Assembly (NCBI GenBank): GCA_030747075.1
Contig: JASLLL010000001.1
Coordinates: 78,868-142,867, forward strand
Direction of reading: 5' to 3'
Source of the DNA: Gemmatimonadota bacterium
GTDB taxonomy: Bacteria > ARS69
Length of the DNA stretch: 64,000 nt
Shown: positions 55,452 to 63,165 of the stretch, in pieces
How the letters are laid out: every line of letters starts with the position of its first letter
Position numbering within the stretch: position 1 is the stretch's first letter
Translations under genes and position numbers: made by a program
Notes under the pieces: generated by a model
Database searches by the model: none
Seen by the model: the letters and a program-made list of their open reading frames with translations, nothing else
Told to the model about the DNA's origin: nothing

Positions 55452-56406
55452 CCTCGAGTATCTCGAGCGCTGCGCTGCCGATAGTGGATTCGCGGTGGCG
55501 ACCCTGGAGAAGGTCGCGCGTCTGGGGGAGTTCGCCGGCGATGTGGGGCGGCATGCGTTTCTCAAGGAAGCTCTCGTCCTCAAGGGTGGCACGGCCCTCA
55601 ACCTGGGCTACAGGACCCCGACTCGGCTCTCGGTCGATCTCGATTTCAACTACATCGGGGCTGCGGATCGCTCGGCAATGCTGGAGGACCGCCCCCGGGT
55701 GGAGCAAGCCGTAATCGAGCTTGCCCGACGATCCGGCTACCGCGTCCAGCAATCCGCCGATGCCTTTGCCGGACGCAAGATCTACCTCGACTACCGTTCC
55801 GCTTCCGGCCCGCAGGATCGTATCGAGGTGGACCTTAACTTTCTCTTCCGGACTCCCTTCGTCCCGACCGTTCGGCGTGAACTGTGGCAACCAGGAGAGC
55901 TGGACAGGCCTTCGCTTCCCTGCGTCGGGGACGATGAACTGCTCGCTGGCAAGCTGCTCGCCCTAGTGGAACGCTGCGCCGCCCGCGACGCCTGGGATGT
56001 GGCCAACCTGGCTCCCGATCTTGTGGAGTGTCTTGGGCAGCCGACTTTTCGTGCGCGTTTCGTGGCGATCGCCGGGACGCTGGACCACCCCCTTGGGACC
56101 TACGGTCGAGAGCGGCTCGAAACACAGTTGACCCAACAGGAGGTGGAGGAGCGGCTGCTGCCGATGCTGGCCCAAGGCCGGAGCGTGGAAGCTGGCGAAC
56201 TCGTTACCGCCGCCTGGCAGCGGCTGGGCGCACTGCTCGCTCTTCGCCCGGAGGAAACGCTCTACATGAACGAACTGGCGGAGGGTCGCCTGGCCCTTGA
56301 GGGGCTGTTCGACGGCGACCAGGAGGAGATCGGTCGGTTCGCTCAACACCCGGCGCTACGCTGGAAAGTTCTCAACGTCCGTCGGCACCGCAAGGGAGCA
56401 TCCTGA
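55441..56406 (+). CDS. abiEii: AbiEii/AbiGii-family nucleotidyltransferase toxin (DUF1814)
   Basis: Hallmark LKGGTALNLGY...RLSVDLDFNY (GS-x-D-x-D nucleotidyltransferase motif) and family-wide similarity. Confidence 0.85.
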   Translation: MSPSLEYLERCAADSGFAVATLEKVARLGEFAGDVGRHAFLKEALVLKGGTALNLGYRTPTRLSVDLDFNYIGAADRSAMLEDRPRVEQAVIELARRSGYRVQQSADAFAGRKIYLDYRSASGPQDRIEVDLNFLFRTPFVPTVRRELWQPGELDRPSLPCVGDDELLAGKLLALVERCAARDAWDVANLAPDLVECLGQPTFRARFVAIAGTLDHPLGTYGRERLETQLTQQEVEERLLPMLAQGRSVEAGELVTAAWQRLGALLALRPEETLYMNELAEGRLALEGLFDGDQEEIGRFAQHPALRWKVLNVRRHRKGAS

Positions 56407-56409
56407 ACC

Positions 56410-56598
56410 ATGGCCCTCAATCCGATCGTCTATACCGAAAAGGTGGTGCGCAGCTTCCTGCGCTACCAGAGAGGTGGTCCCACTTTCTTGGACAGCCCGG
56501 CGGCCAAGCTAAGGTGGACTCCACCAGCAAGCTGGGGTTGGATGAAACACAACATGATACTTGTATCTCAGGAACCCGCTGGTCCATGTTCAGGTTGA
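56410..56598 (+). pseudogene. 5' fragment of an unidentified gene (N-terminus MALNPIVYTEKVVRSFLRYQ...), apparent remnant
   Basis: ATG 4 nt after the abiEii stop. The first ~30 aa look like a genuine conserved N-terminus, then the frame degenerates and terminates inside a short AT-richer stretch just before the convergent malQ. No downstream continuation in any frame. Confidence 0.3.
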
Positions 56599-56690
56599 TC
56601 TGGTCCTATTTCGGGAGGCGTCGAACATAGCGTTGCACCATTCGACCCGTCGGCTTCGCGGTCGGCCCGATGGTGAACGCCACACCCCCC

Positions 56691-58226
56691 TCACCCCCGG
56701 TCCGCGCGGCGCGTCTCCTCCGCCAGTCGCGCGGCTTCCGCCTCCCCGAACGCGCCCTCGGCCATGCGCCATCCCCAGTTCCCCCCGGCGACCCCGGGCC
56801 GGTTCATCCGCGCGTCGCTCCCCAGCCCCAGCACATCCTGCATCGGCACAATCACCGTCTCCGCCACCGATTCCATCAGCACCCGGATGGCGTCCCAGTG
56901 AATCTCCCGCCCGTCCCCGCCGGTGCGCCGGAGCAACGCATCCCGCTCCGTCGCCGCCTCTTCCGGCGACCGTGCCGCCTCGTCCGGGGTGCCTGAGAAC
57001 CACCCGGCGATCGTGTCGTTGTCGTGCGTCCCGGTGTACACCACGGAGTTCGCCTCATGGTTCTCCGGGGCGTGCTCGTTCTCCGCGGGGTCTCCTCCAA
57101 ACCCGTACTGCAGAATCCGCATCCCCGGAAAGCCGAACCGCCGCCGCAACTCCACCACCTCTTCCGTGATGAAGCCCAGGTCCTCCGCCACCACCGGCAC
57201 CTCCCCCAGCGCGTCCCGAAGTGCGTCAAAGAGCGCCGCGCCCGGCCCGGGCACCCAGCGCCCCCCCGCGGCCGTCTCCGCACCCGCCGGCACTTCCCAG
57301 TGCGCTTCGAACCCTCGAAAGTGGTCGATCCGCACCACATCGAACAGCCCCAGCGCACTCCGCATCCTCTCCACCCACCACGCGAACCCGCCCTTCGCCA
57401 TCTCGTCCCAGCGGTAGAGGGGGTTCCCCCACAGCTGCCCCGTTTCGCTGAAGTAGTCGGGCGGAACACCGGCGACCCCCGTCGGGCGGCCCGCCGCATC
57501 CAGCAGGAAGCCGTCCCGATGCACCCAGACATCGGCGCTGTCGTGCGCGACGAAAATCGGCAGGTCCCCCATCACCCGGATCCCGACCCCGCGCGCGTGC
57601 GCCCGAACCGCGTCCCACTGCCGGAAGAAGAGGAACTGCGCGAACGCCACTCGCTCGACCGATTCCGCCAGCCGGTCTCCTGCCGCCGCCACCGCCGCCG
57701 CGTCCCGGTCGCGCAGTTCCACGGGCCACTCGGTCCACGCCGCCCCCCCGTGCGCCTCCTTCAGCGCCGCAAAGAGCGCGTAGTCGTCCAGCCACGCCGC
57801 CTCTCTTCCGCGAAACGCCTCCCATGCGCGTCGCATCTCCCCGCCGCCCGCGCCCTCCCGGAACCGCGCGTGCGCCCCGGCAAGCACCGCCGCCTTTCGC
57901 CCAATGACCGCGCCGTAGTCCACGCGCGCCGCCGCGCCACCATCCCCTCCCGCCCACTCCCGCGCCTCACCCTCCGGCAAGAGCCCCTCCGCCCGCATCC
58001 CCTCCTCTGACACCAGAAGCGGATTCCCCGCAAACGCGCTGAAGCACTGGTACGGGGAGTCGCCAAAGCCGGTCGGCCCGAGCGGGAGCACCTGCCACAC
58101 CGTCTGCCCCGCCTTTGCGGCACGCGACAGAAACGCAAGCGCCGCCTCTCCCAGCGTCCCGATGCCACCCGCACCCGGGAGCGATGTCGGATGCAGCAGC
58201 ACCCCGCTCTCTCTTCGACCGAACAC
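56691..58226 (-). CDS. malQ: 4-alpha-glucanotransferase (amylomaltase, GH77)
   Basis: GVLLHPTSLPGAGGIGTLG; VLPLGPTGFGDSPYQ; DVVRIDHFRGFEAHWEV; YTGTHDNDT are conserved GH77 motifs. The start is probably a GTG at ~58226, preceded by GGAGG with a 6-nt spacer. The ORF's upstream 65 aa are not protein-like. Confidence 0.85.
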   Translation of the reverse strand: MFGRRESGVLLHPTSLPGAGGIGTLGEAALAFLSRAAKAGQTVWQVLPLGPTGFGDSPYQCFSAFAGNPLLVSEEGMRAEGLLPEGEAREWAGGDGGAAARVDYGAVIGRKAAVLAGAHARFREGAGGGEMRRAWEAFRGREAAWLDDYALFAALKEAHGGAAWTEWPVELRDRDAAAVAAAGDRLAESVERVAFAQFLFFRQWDAVRAHARGVGIRVMGDLPIFVAHDSADVWVHRDGFLLDAAGRPTGVAGVPPDYFSETGQLWGNPLYRWDEMAKGGFAWWVERMRSALGLFDVVRIDHFRGFEAHWEVPAGAETAAGGRWVPGPGAALFDALRDALGEVPVVAEDLGFITEEVVELRRRFGFPGMRILQYGFGGDPAENEHAPENHEANSVVYTGTHDNDTIAGWFSGTPDEAARSPEEAATERDALLRRTGGDGREIHWDAIRVLMESVAETVIVPMQDVLGLGSDARMNRPGVAGGNWGWRMAEGAFGEAEAARLAEETRRADRG

Positions 58227-58408
58227 GCTTCCCCTCCTGCACGCTCCAAAGCCCCGCCGGGTCTCGCACCCGCCCGCAACGGGAGCGCACGATAGATCCC
58301 TCCCCGCGCTTCCGCAAGTTGTGACAGTATGGTCGGCATCCGAACCGCGTGGTACTCTATCGTCGGATGTTCGCCTGTTGTCGCAAGACCGCCTTACCTG
58401 GAGCGCCC

Positions 58409-58885
58409 ATGCGCTTGGCAACCGACCTCCTTCTTTCGTACTTCGATGAATCCCGCTTCGTCCCCGCGCTCCGTGCCCGCAGCAAGAAGGGCGTCATCAA
58501 GGAACTCGCGGGGGCGCTCTCCGTGGACCCGGACATTCGCCACCCGGACATTCTGCTGGAAGCGCTCACCTCCCGAGAGTCGCTCGGCTCGACCGGCATC
58601 GGAAAGGAAGTCGCCATCCCGCATTCGCGCACGCTCTCCGTGCCCAGACTGAAGGTGCTGCTGGCTCGCTCGAAGAAAGGCGTGGACTGGGAATCTCCGG
58701 ATCAGAAAGCGGTACGCCTTTTCTTCCTGGTGGTCGCCCCGCCGCAGGAGAAGAACAATGTCTACCTGCCGCTTCTCGGTTCTCTCGTGAGCGCCATGCA
58801 GGACACGAAGAGTCGAGATGCCATCCTTGGCGCGAAGAACTTCGACGACGCAATGGCCGCACTCAGGGAGGCTTTCCGTGGCTGA
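58409..58885 (+). CDS. ptsN: PTS EIIA-type (fructose/mannitol/nitrogen family) regulatory protein, PtsN-like
   Basis: The internal Met start gives MRLATDLLLSYFDESRFVPALRARSKKGVIKELAGALS...STGIGKEVAIPHSRT (phospho-His region)...LFFLVVAP, typical of EIIA-Ntr. Confidence 0.7.
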   Translation: MRLATDLLLSYFDESRFVPALRARSKKGVIKELAGALSVDPDIRHPDILLEALTSRESLGSTGIGKEVAIPHSRTLSVPRLKVLLARSKKGVDWESPDQKAVRLFFLVVAPPQEKNNVYLPLLGSLVSAMQDTKSRDAILGAKNFDDAMAALREAFRG

Positions 58886-59216
58886 AGGTGGCACTCACAA
58901 GCTGGCCGCGCTTCAGGACATCGACCTGATGATCCGGGAGCGCAAGAAAGAGGAGGAGCTGGGCTTCTCCACGGCGGGGATCGAGAACCTGGAGAAAGCC
59001 CGCGCGAAGCTCGTGAAGTCGGTCTCTCCCCGGGATCTCCGCAACTACGACCGCCTCTCCCGAAGATACGACCGGGCGGTCTCCCCGGTGATCGGAAACT
59101 CCTGTCTGGCCTGTTCCATGGCGGTCCCCACCTCCAAGCGCCGGGAAGGGGAAGACCGCCGGACGCAGACGCTCGTCACCTGCGAGAGCTGCGGACGGAT
59201 TCTCTTCTTCGTGTAG
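58878..59216 (+). CDS. Coiled-coil/zinc-ribbon protein (COG1579-like C4 Zn ribbon)
   Basis: KLAALQDIDLMIRERKKEEELGF...NSCLACSMAVPT...LVTCESCGRILFFV has two CxxC pairs. The start is uncertain (GTG/TTG near 58878); it overlaps the end of ptsN. Confidence 0.45.
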   Translation: MAEGGTHKLAALQDIDLMIRERKKEEELGFSTAGIENLEKARAKLVKSVSPRDLRNYDRLSRRYDRAVSPVIGNSCLACSMAVPTSKRREGEDRRTQTLVTCESCGRILFFV

Positions 59217-59241
59217 GGGGGGGTCCGGCATCCGGCCGGAT

Positions 59242-59667
59242 CTACCCGCGCGCGCCCAGAACGCCGCGAGCCTTCTTCCGGTAGGCGGCGTACTCGGAAT
59301 ACCGCTCCGCAAGAAGACGCTCTTCGTGCCGCGACTTCCACACCACCACCGCCACGCCGGCAATCCCCGCGCCGATCATCGGCCAGCTCGGGCGCAGGAG
59401 GACCAGCGAGACCGCCACCAGCGCGAGGCTCGTGTACATCGGATGTCGAAACCGGCCGTAGACCCCGCCGGTGACCAACCGGCCGTCGGGACGCGGGTCG
59501 GGACGCACCCGGAATGTCGGGCGAATCGTCACAAACCCCGCCGTCACCAGTGCCGCGGCCGCAACCAGCAGCAGGCAACCCAAGGCGTCCGCCGCCGGGT
59601 GGTTCGGCCAGAGCCGGTCCTTGGGCCCTGGAAAGAACGCGGCGATCATTCCCGCCATCGTCACCAT
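59242..59667 (-). CDS. Isoprenylcysteine carboxyl methyltransferase (ICMT)/PEMT-family membrane methyltransferase
   Basis: Four TM helices; LVTGGVYGRFRHPMYTSLALVAVSLVL; C-terminal EERLLAERYSEYAAYRKK. These are ICMT/phospholipid methyltransferase family signatures. Confidence 0.7.
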   Translation of the reverse strand: MVTMAGMIAAFFPGPKDRLWPNHPAADALGCLLLVAAAALVTAGFVTIRPTFRVRPDPRPDGRLVTGGVYGRFRHPMYTSLALVAVSLVLLRPSWPMIGAGIAGVAVVVWKSRHEERLLAERYSEYAAYRKKARGVLGARG

Positions 59668-59740
59668 CTGAAGTGTCACATAGCGCACGATTCCCCCTCC
59701 CGTGGTCCGATGGTAGCATGGCCGCCCGGAGAGGAGCGTC

Positions 59741-61132
59741 ATGAACGGAAACGCCGACACTTTCGCCCCGTTCGAGGAGCGAATGCGCGACGAGGGACTT
59801 CCCGTCGTCGCGATCGATACCTTCCGCCACTACCACGCGCTCCTCCGGGCGGGAGACACCGGGTTGCTCTCCGCGGCGGACATCGACCCGGTGGACGCGC
59901 TCCCCGCCAGCACGGACCTCTCCGGCCATGCGGACGCGGGGGTGGCCGCGCTCGACCGGGCGGTGATTCTCAAGCTGAACGGCGGTCTCGGCACCGGCAT
60001 GGGGATGACCCGGGCAAAGAGCCTGCTCCCGTTGAAGGGCGGGCTCACTTTCCTCGACATCATCGCCCGGCAGACGCTTCATCTGCGAGCGGAACACGAC
60101 GCGCGCGTTCCGCTGGTTCTCATGAACAGCTTCCGCACGCGTGCGGATTCGCTGGATGCCCTCGCGGCGTACCCGGACCTGCCCGCGGGAGTCCCGGCCG
60201 ACTTCCTCCAGCACAAGGTGCCCAAGGTTCTCGCGGACGACCTCTCCCCCGCGGTCCATCCGCCCGATCCCACGCTGGAGTGGTGCCCTCCCGGCCACGG
60301 CGACATCTACCCCGCGCTCGCCACCTCGGGAATGCTCGACGCGCTCCTGGCCGCCGGTTACCAGTACGCGTTCGTCTCCAACTCCGACAACCTCGGCGCC
60401 GTGTTGGATCTGGACATTCTCGGGTGGTTCGCCGACGAGAACATCCCGTTCCTCATGGAGGTCTGCGACCGAACCCCGGCGGACCGCAAGGGCGGACACC
60501 TTGCGCGGACGAAGGACGGACGACTGGTGCTGCGCGAGGTCGCTCAATGCCCCGAAGAAGAGATGGACGATTTCCAGAACATCGCCCGGCACCGCTTCTT
60601 CAACACGAACTCGCTCTGGGTGAACCTCCCCGCGCTGGCGGAGACACTCCGCGAGCGGCGCGGTGTCCTCCCGCTGCCGATGATCGTGAACGCCAAGACG
60701 CTCAACCCGGCGGACCCGGCCTCTCCCGCGGTCTTCCAGCTGGAGACCGCCATGGGCGCGGCCATCTCGGTCTTCGAGGGGGCGCGGGCGTTGCGCGTTC
60801 CGCACCATCGCTTCGCGCCGGTCAAGACGACGAACGACCTCTTCGGCATTCTCTCCGACGCATGGACGCTGACCGAAGACCACCGTGTCATCCCGGACCC
60901 CGCGCTGGGGGATGCCCCCCCGCTCATCACGCTGGACGCGAAGCACTACCGCTTCGTGGACCAGCTTCGAGAGCGAATCCCGCACGGCCCGCCGTCGCTT
61001 CGCGAGTGCCGGAAGCTGACGATCCGCGGCGATGTGCGCTTCGGGCGCCATGTGACGATCCGCGGAGAGGTGACGCTGGATGCGGGCGACACCGTCCGGG
61101 AGGTTCCCGACGGGGAGGTGATCTCCTCCTGA
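59741..61132 (+). CDS. UTP--glucose-1-phosphate uridylyltransferase, eukaryotic-type UDPGP family
   Basis: ILKLNGGLGTGMGMTRAKSLLPLK is the hallmark of PF01704. Also VPLVLMNSFRT and FVSNSDNLGAVLD, and a C-terminal left-handed beta-helix-like region. Confidence 0.85.
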   Translation: MNGNADTFAPFEERMRDEGLPVVAIDTFRHYHALLRAGDTGLLSAADIDPVDALPASTDLSGHADAGVAALDRAVILKLNGGLGTGMGMTRAKSLLPLKGGLTFLDIIARQTLHLRAEHDARVPLVLMNSFRTRADSLDALAAYPDLPAGVPADFLQHKVPKVLADDLSPAVHPPDPTLEWCPPGHGDIYPALATSGMLDALLAAGYQYAFVSNSDNLGAVLDLDILGWFADENIPFLMEVCDRTPADRKGGHLARTKDGRLVLREVAQCPEEEMDDFQNIARHRFFNTNSLWVNLPALAETLRERRGVLPLPMIVNAKTLNPADPASPAVFQLETAMGAAISVFEGARALRVPHHRFAPVKTTNDLFGILSDAWTLTEDHRVIPDPALGDAPPLITLDAKHYRFVDQLRERIPHGPPSLRECRKLTIRGDVRFGRHVTIRGEVTLDAGDTVREVPDGEVISS

Positions 61133-61203
61133 CGCGCGCGACACGCTCCCCCTCTCCGCCGCTTCACGCACTCCCGCGCCTTCTCCGCGCGGCCTGCGGC
61201 GGC

Positions 61204-62325
61204 GTGGCATGGGCGGCCACGCTGCTCCTCGGGCGCGCTCCCGGCCTTGCCGAATCCGCCGCGGCCGCAGCCTCCGCCCTCTCCTCCGCACTCGCGCGGG
61301 TGAGCGGCCTCGTTCCCTTTGCGCTGTCGGAATGGGTGATCGCCGCGTTCCTGCTTCGCCAGTTCTGCGGGGCGGCGCGGGGGGGGTACGCCGTCGTGCG
61401 CGGGAGGCGCTCCGCACGAAACGCCGCCGGGTGCGGTGCGCTTCGGCTGGCGTCGGACATCGGGGTGGCCGTGACGCTCTTCTACCTTCTGTGGGGGGTC
61501 CACTACGCCCGCGCCCCCCTCCCGGAGCGGCTGGACTGGGTCGAACCGGGTGCCGCCACCGCCGGGGCGGACCTGCCGGAGTTGGGCGCGCTCGCGAAGA
61601 GGTTCCTGGAGGCGACGAATGCCGCCTATCTCCAGCTCCACGGCACGGAGGACGCCGGCGCCCCCACGCCACGCCCCCCGGACGGCGCAACGCTTCACGC
61701 CGCGCTGGAGTCGGGTTGGGCCGAAGCGGCCGACCGCCTCGGGCTTCCCGGACGGGAGGCGCGTCCCGCCGGGCGCGTCAAGCGGCTCCTCGCAAGCGGC
61801 ATGCTCGACCGGTTGGGGATCACCGGCTTCTACTTCCCGTTCACCGCGGAAGCGAACGCCAACCGCGGCATTCCGGCCGTCACGCTCCCCGTAACGCTGG
61901 CGCACGAGACCGCGCACCGCCGGGGTTTCGCCTCCGAGGACGAAGCCAACTTCATCGGCTTTCTGGCCGCGTGGCACGCGCCCGATGCCCTCGCGCGGTA
62001 TGCCGCCGCGCTCTTCGCGCACCGGCAGACGCTTTCCGCGCTGGCGGCGGTGGACCCGGACGGCGCGCATGTGCTGGCGGAGGGAAGAAGCCCCGGCGTC
62101 CAGCGCGATCTCGACGACCGCGCGGCCTACTGGAGGCAGTTTCGCGGGCGCGCGCGAACGGCCGGACGCCGCGTGAACGACGCCTACCTGCGCACGAACC
62201 GCGTGGAGGGTGGTGTCCGCAGCTACGGCCGGAGCGTGGCGCTCATCGTGGAGTGGTCACGACGGGAGCCGGACTCCGGCCCGCGCGCCTACGACGAGGG
62301 CGACTCTTCCACCCGGTTTCGATAG
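61204..62325 (+). CDS. DUF3810-like membrane-anchored HExxH protein (putative zinc metallohydrolase)
   Basis: This is the C-terminal part of the 999-aa composite ORF 59326..62325. Only this segment is protein-like (TM segments LSEWVIAAFLLRQF and IGVAVTLFYLLWGVHYARAPL...; GITGFYFPFTAEANANRGIP...LAHETAHRRGFASEDEANFIGFLA, containing HExxH). The start was chosen as the in-frame GTG at ~61204 and is uncertain. Confidence 0.5.
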   Translation: MAWAATLLLGRAPGLAESAAAAASALSSALARVSGLVPFALSEWVIAAFLLRQFCGAARGGYAVVRGRRSARNAAGCGALRLASDIGVAVTLFYLLWGVHYARAPLPERLDWVEPGAATAGADLPELGALAKRFLEATNAAYLQLHGTEDAGAPTPRPPDGATLHAALESGWAEAADRLGLPGREARPAGRVKRLLASGMLDRLGITGFYFPFTAEANANRGIPAVTLPVTLAHETAHRRGFASEDEANFIGFLAAWHAPDALARYAAALFAHRQTLSALAAVDPDGAHVLAEGRSPGVQRDLDDRAAYWRQFRGRARTAGRRVNDAYLRTNRVEGGVRSYGRSVALIVEWSRREPDSGPRAYDEGDSSTRFR

Positions 62326-62915
62326 AGCTTGCGATCGGCGACCGTGGCCATCTTGTCCACATCGAGGTCCATTCCCAAGAAGTCGCGAATCCGTTCCGCC
62401 TGACCGCGCGGGTCGTCCAGCACCGACCGGTAGGGAAGGTCCAGCTTCTCCAGATAGTCCCGACGCGAGATGAAGAACTCCACCTGCTGGAGGTGCTTTT
62501 CATACAGCTCCGTCATGCGGGCGTCCTCGGTCTCGCTCGATTCCTCCCGATTCGTCAGCATCTTCGCCTGCGATGCCAGCACTTCGGGAATCGGGCGGCG
62601 CATGAAGAGGATCTTGTACCGGTTCTCGGGGGGGAGGTCTTTCAGGAGGAAGGAGATGATCTTGACGGCCTTGCCGCGCGCCTCCACGAGCCATCCCTTG
62701 TCGCCGCCTTTGTCCAGCTCCTTCACCTTCTCCAGTTCGTAGTAGCCCTTCGGGTTGTCATCGTCGGCGGTGCGGATGCCGTCCTGCATAATCTCCACCC
62801 CTCCGGCATCCAGCATCTTCATCGCCATCGAGGTGCCGGAGCGCGGAAGCCCCGAGATAATCACGATCGGGTCTCCAGGACCCTTGCCCAGTATCCTTGA
62901 AATCCACGACGCCAT
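62289..62915 (-). CDS. Sulfotransferase-family protein (PAPS-dependent)
   Basis: The internal Met start is preceded by GGAGGAGG, giving MASWISRILGKGPGDPIVIISGLPRSGTSM (5'-PSB P-loop) ...RYKILFMRRPIPEVLAS (3'-PB-like), about 208 aa. The first 184 aa of the 392-aa ORF are Arg-rich and not protein-like. Confidence 0.75.
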   Translation of the reverse strand: MASWISRILGKGPGDPIVIISGLPRSGTSMAMKMLDAGGVEIMQDGIRTADDDNPKGYYELEKVKELDKGGDKGWLVEARGKAVKIISFLLKDLPPENRYKILFMRRPIPEVLASQAKMLTNREESSETEDARMTELYEKHLQQVEFFISRRDYLEKLDLPYRSVLDDPRGQAERIRDFLGMDLDVDKMATVADRKLYRNRVEESPSS

Positions 62916-63165
62916 CCTGTCCTCCTCCGATAGGTGTTCTCTTCCGTCATCGATCTCTCGGGGGCGTTTCTTGAGCCGGGAGAGGGTACCGCACGCGGTG
63001 CCGCGAGTCCAAGAGAGACGCTCCTTTGGAATGGCGCGGCGGCCGGTCTTCGGGCTAGACTGCTCGCCGGACTGTGATGAGGCCGAATCGGGCGACCTTT
63101 CCCTTATCCGCAACGCCCGCACCGCCGAAACTCTGGAGAGCCACTTCCGCGGAGGGAACCGCCCC

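Noticed and set aside
59326-62325. 999-aa + strand ORF spanning the ICMT and UGPase loci
   Set aside because: Only its last ~370 aa (from ~61204) are protein-like (DUF3810/HExxH). The first ~630 aa are Arg/Pro/Gly-rich and overlap two well-supported genes in other frames, so this is a read-through artefact of the ORF caller.
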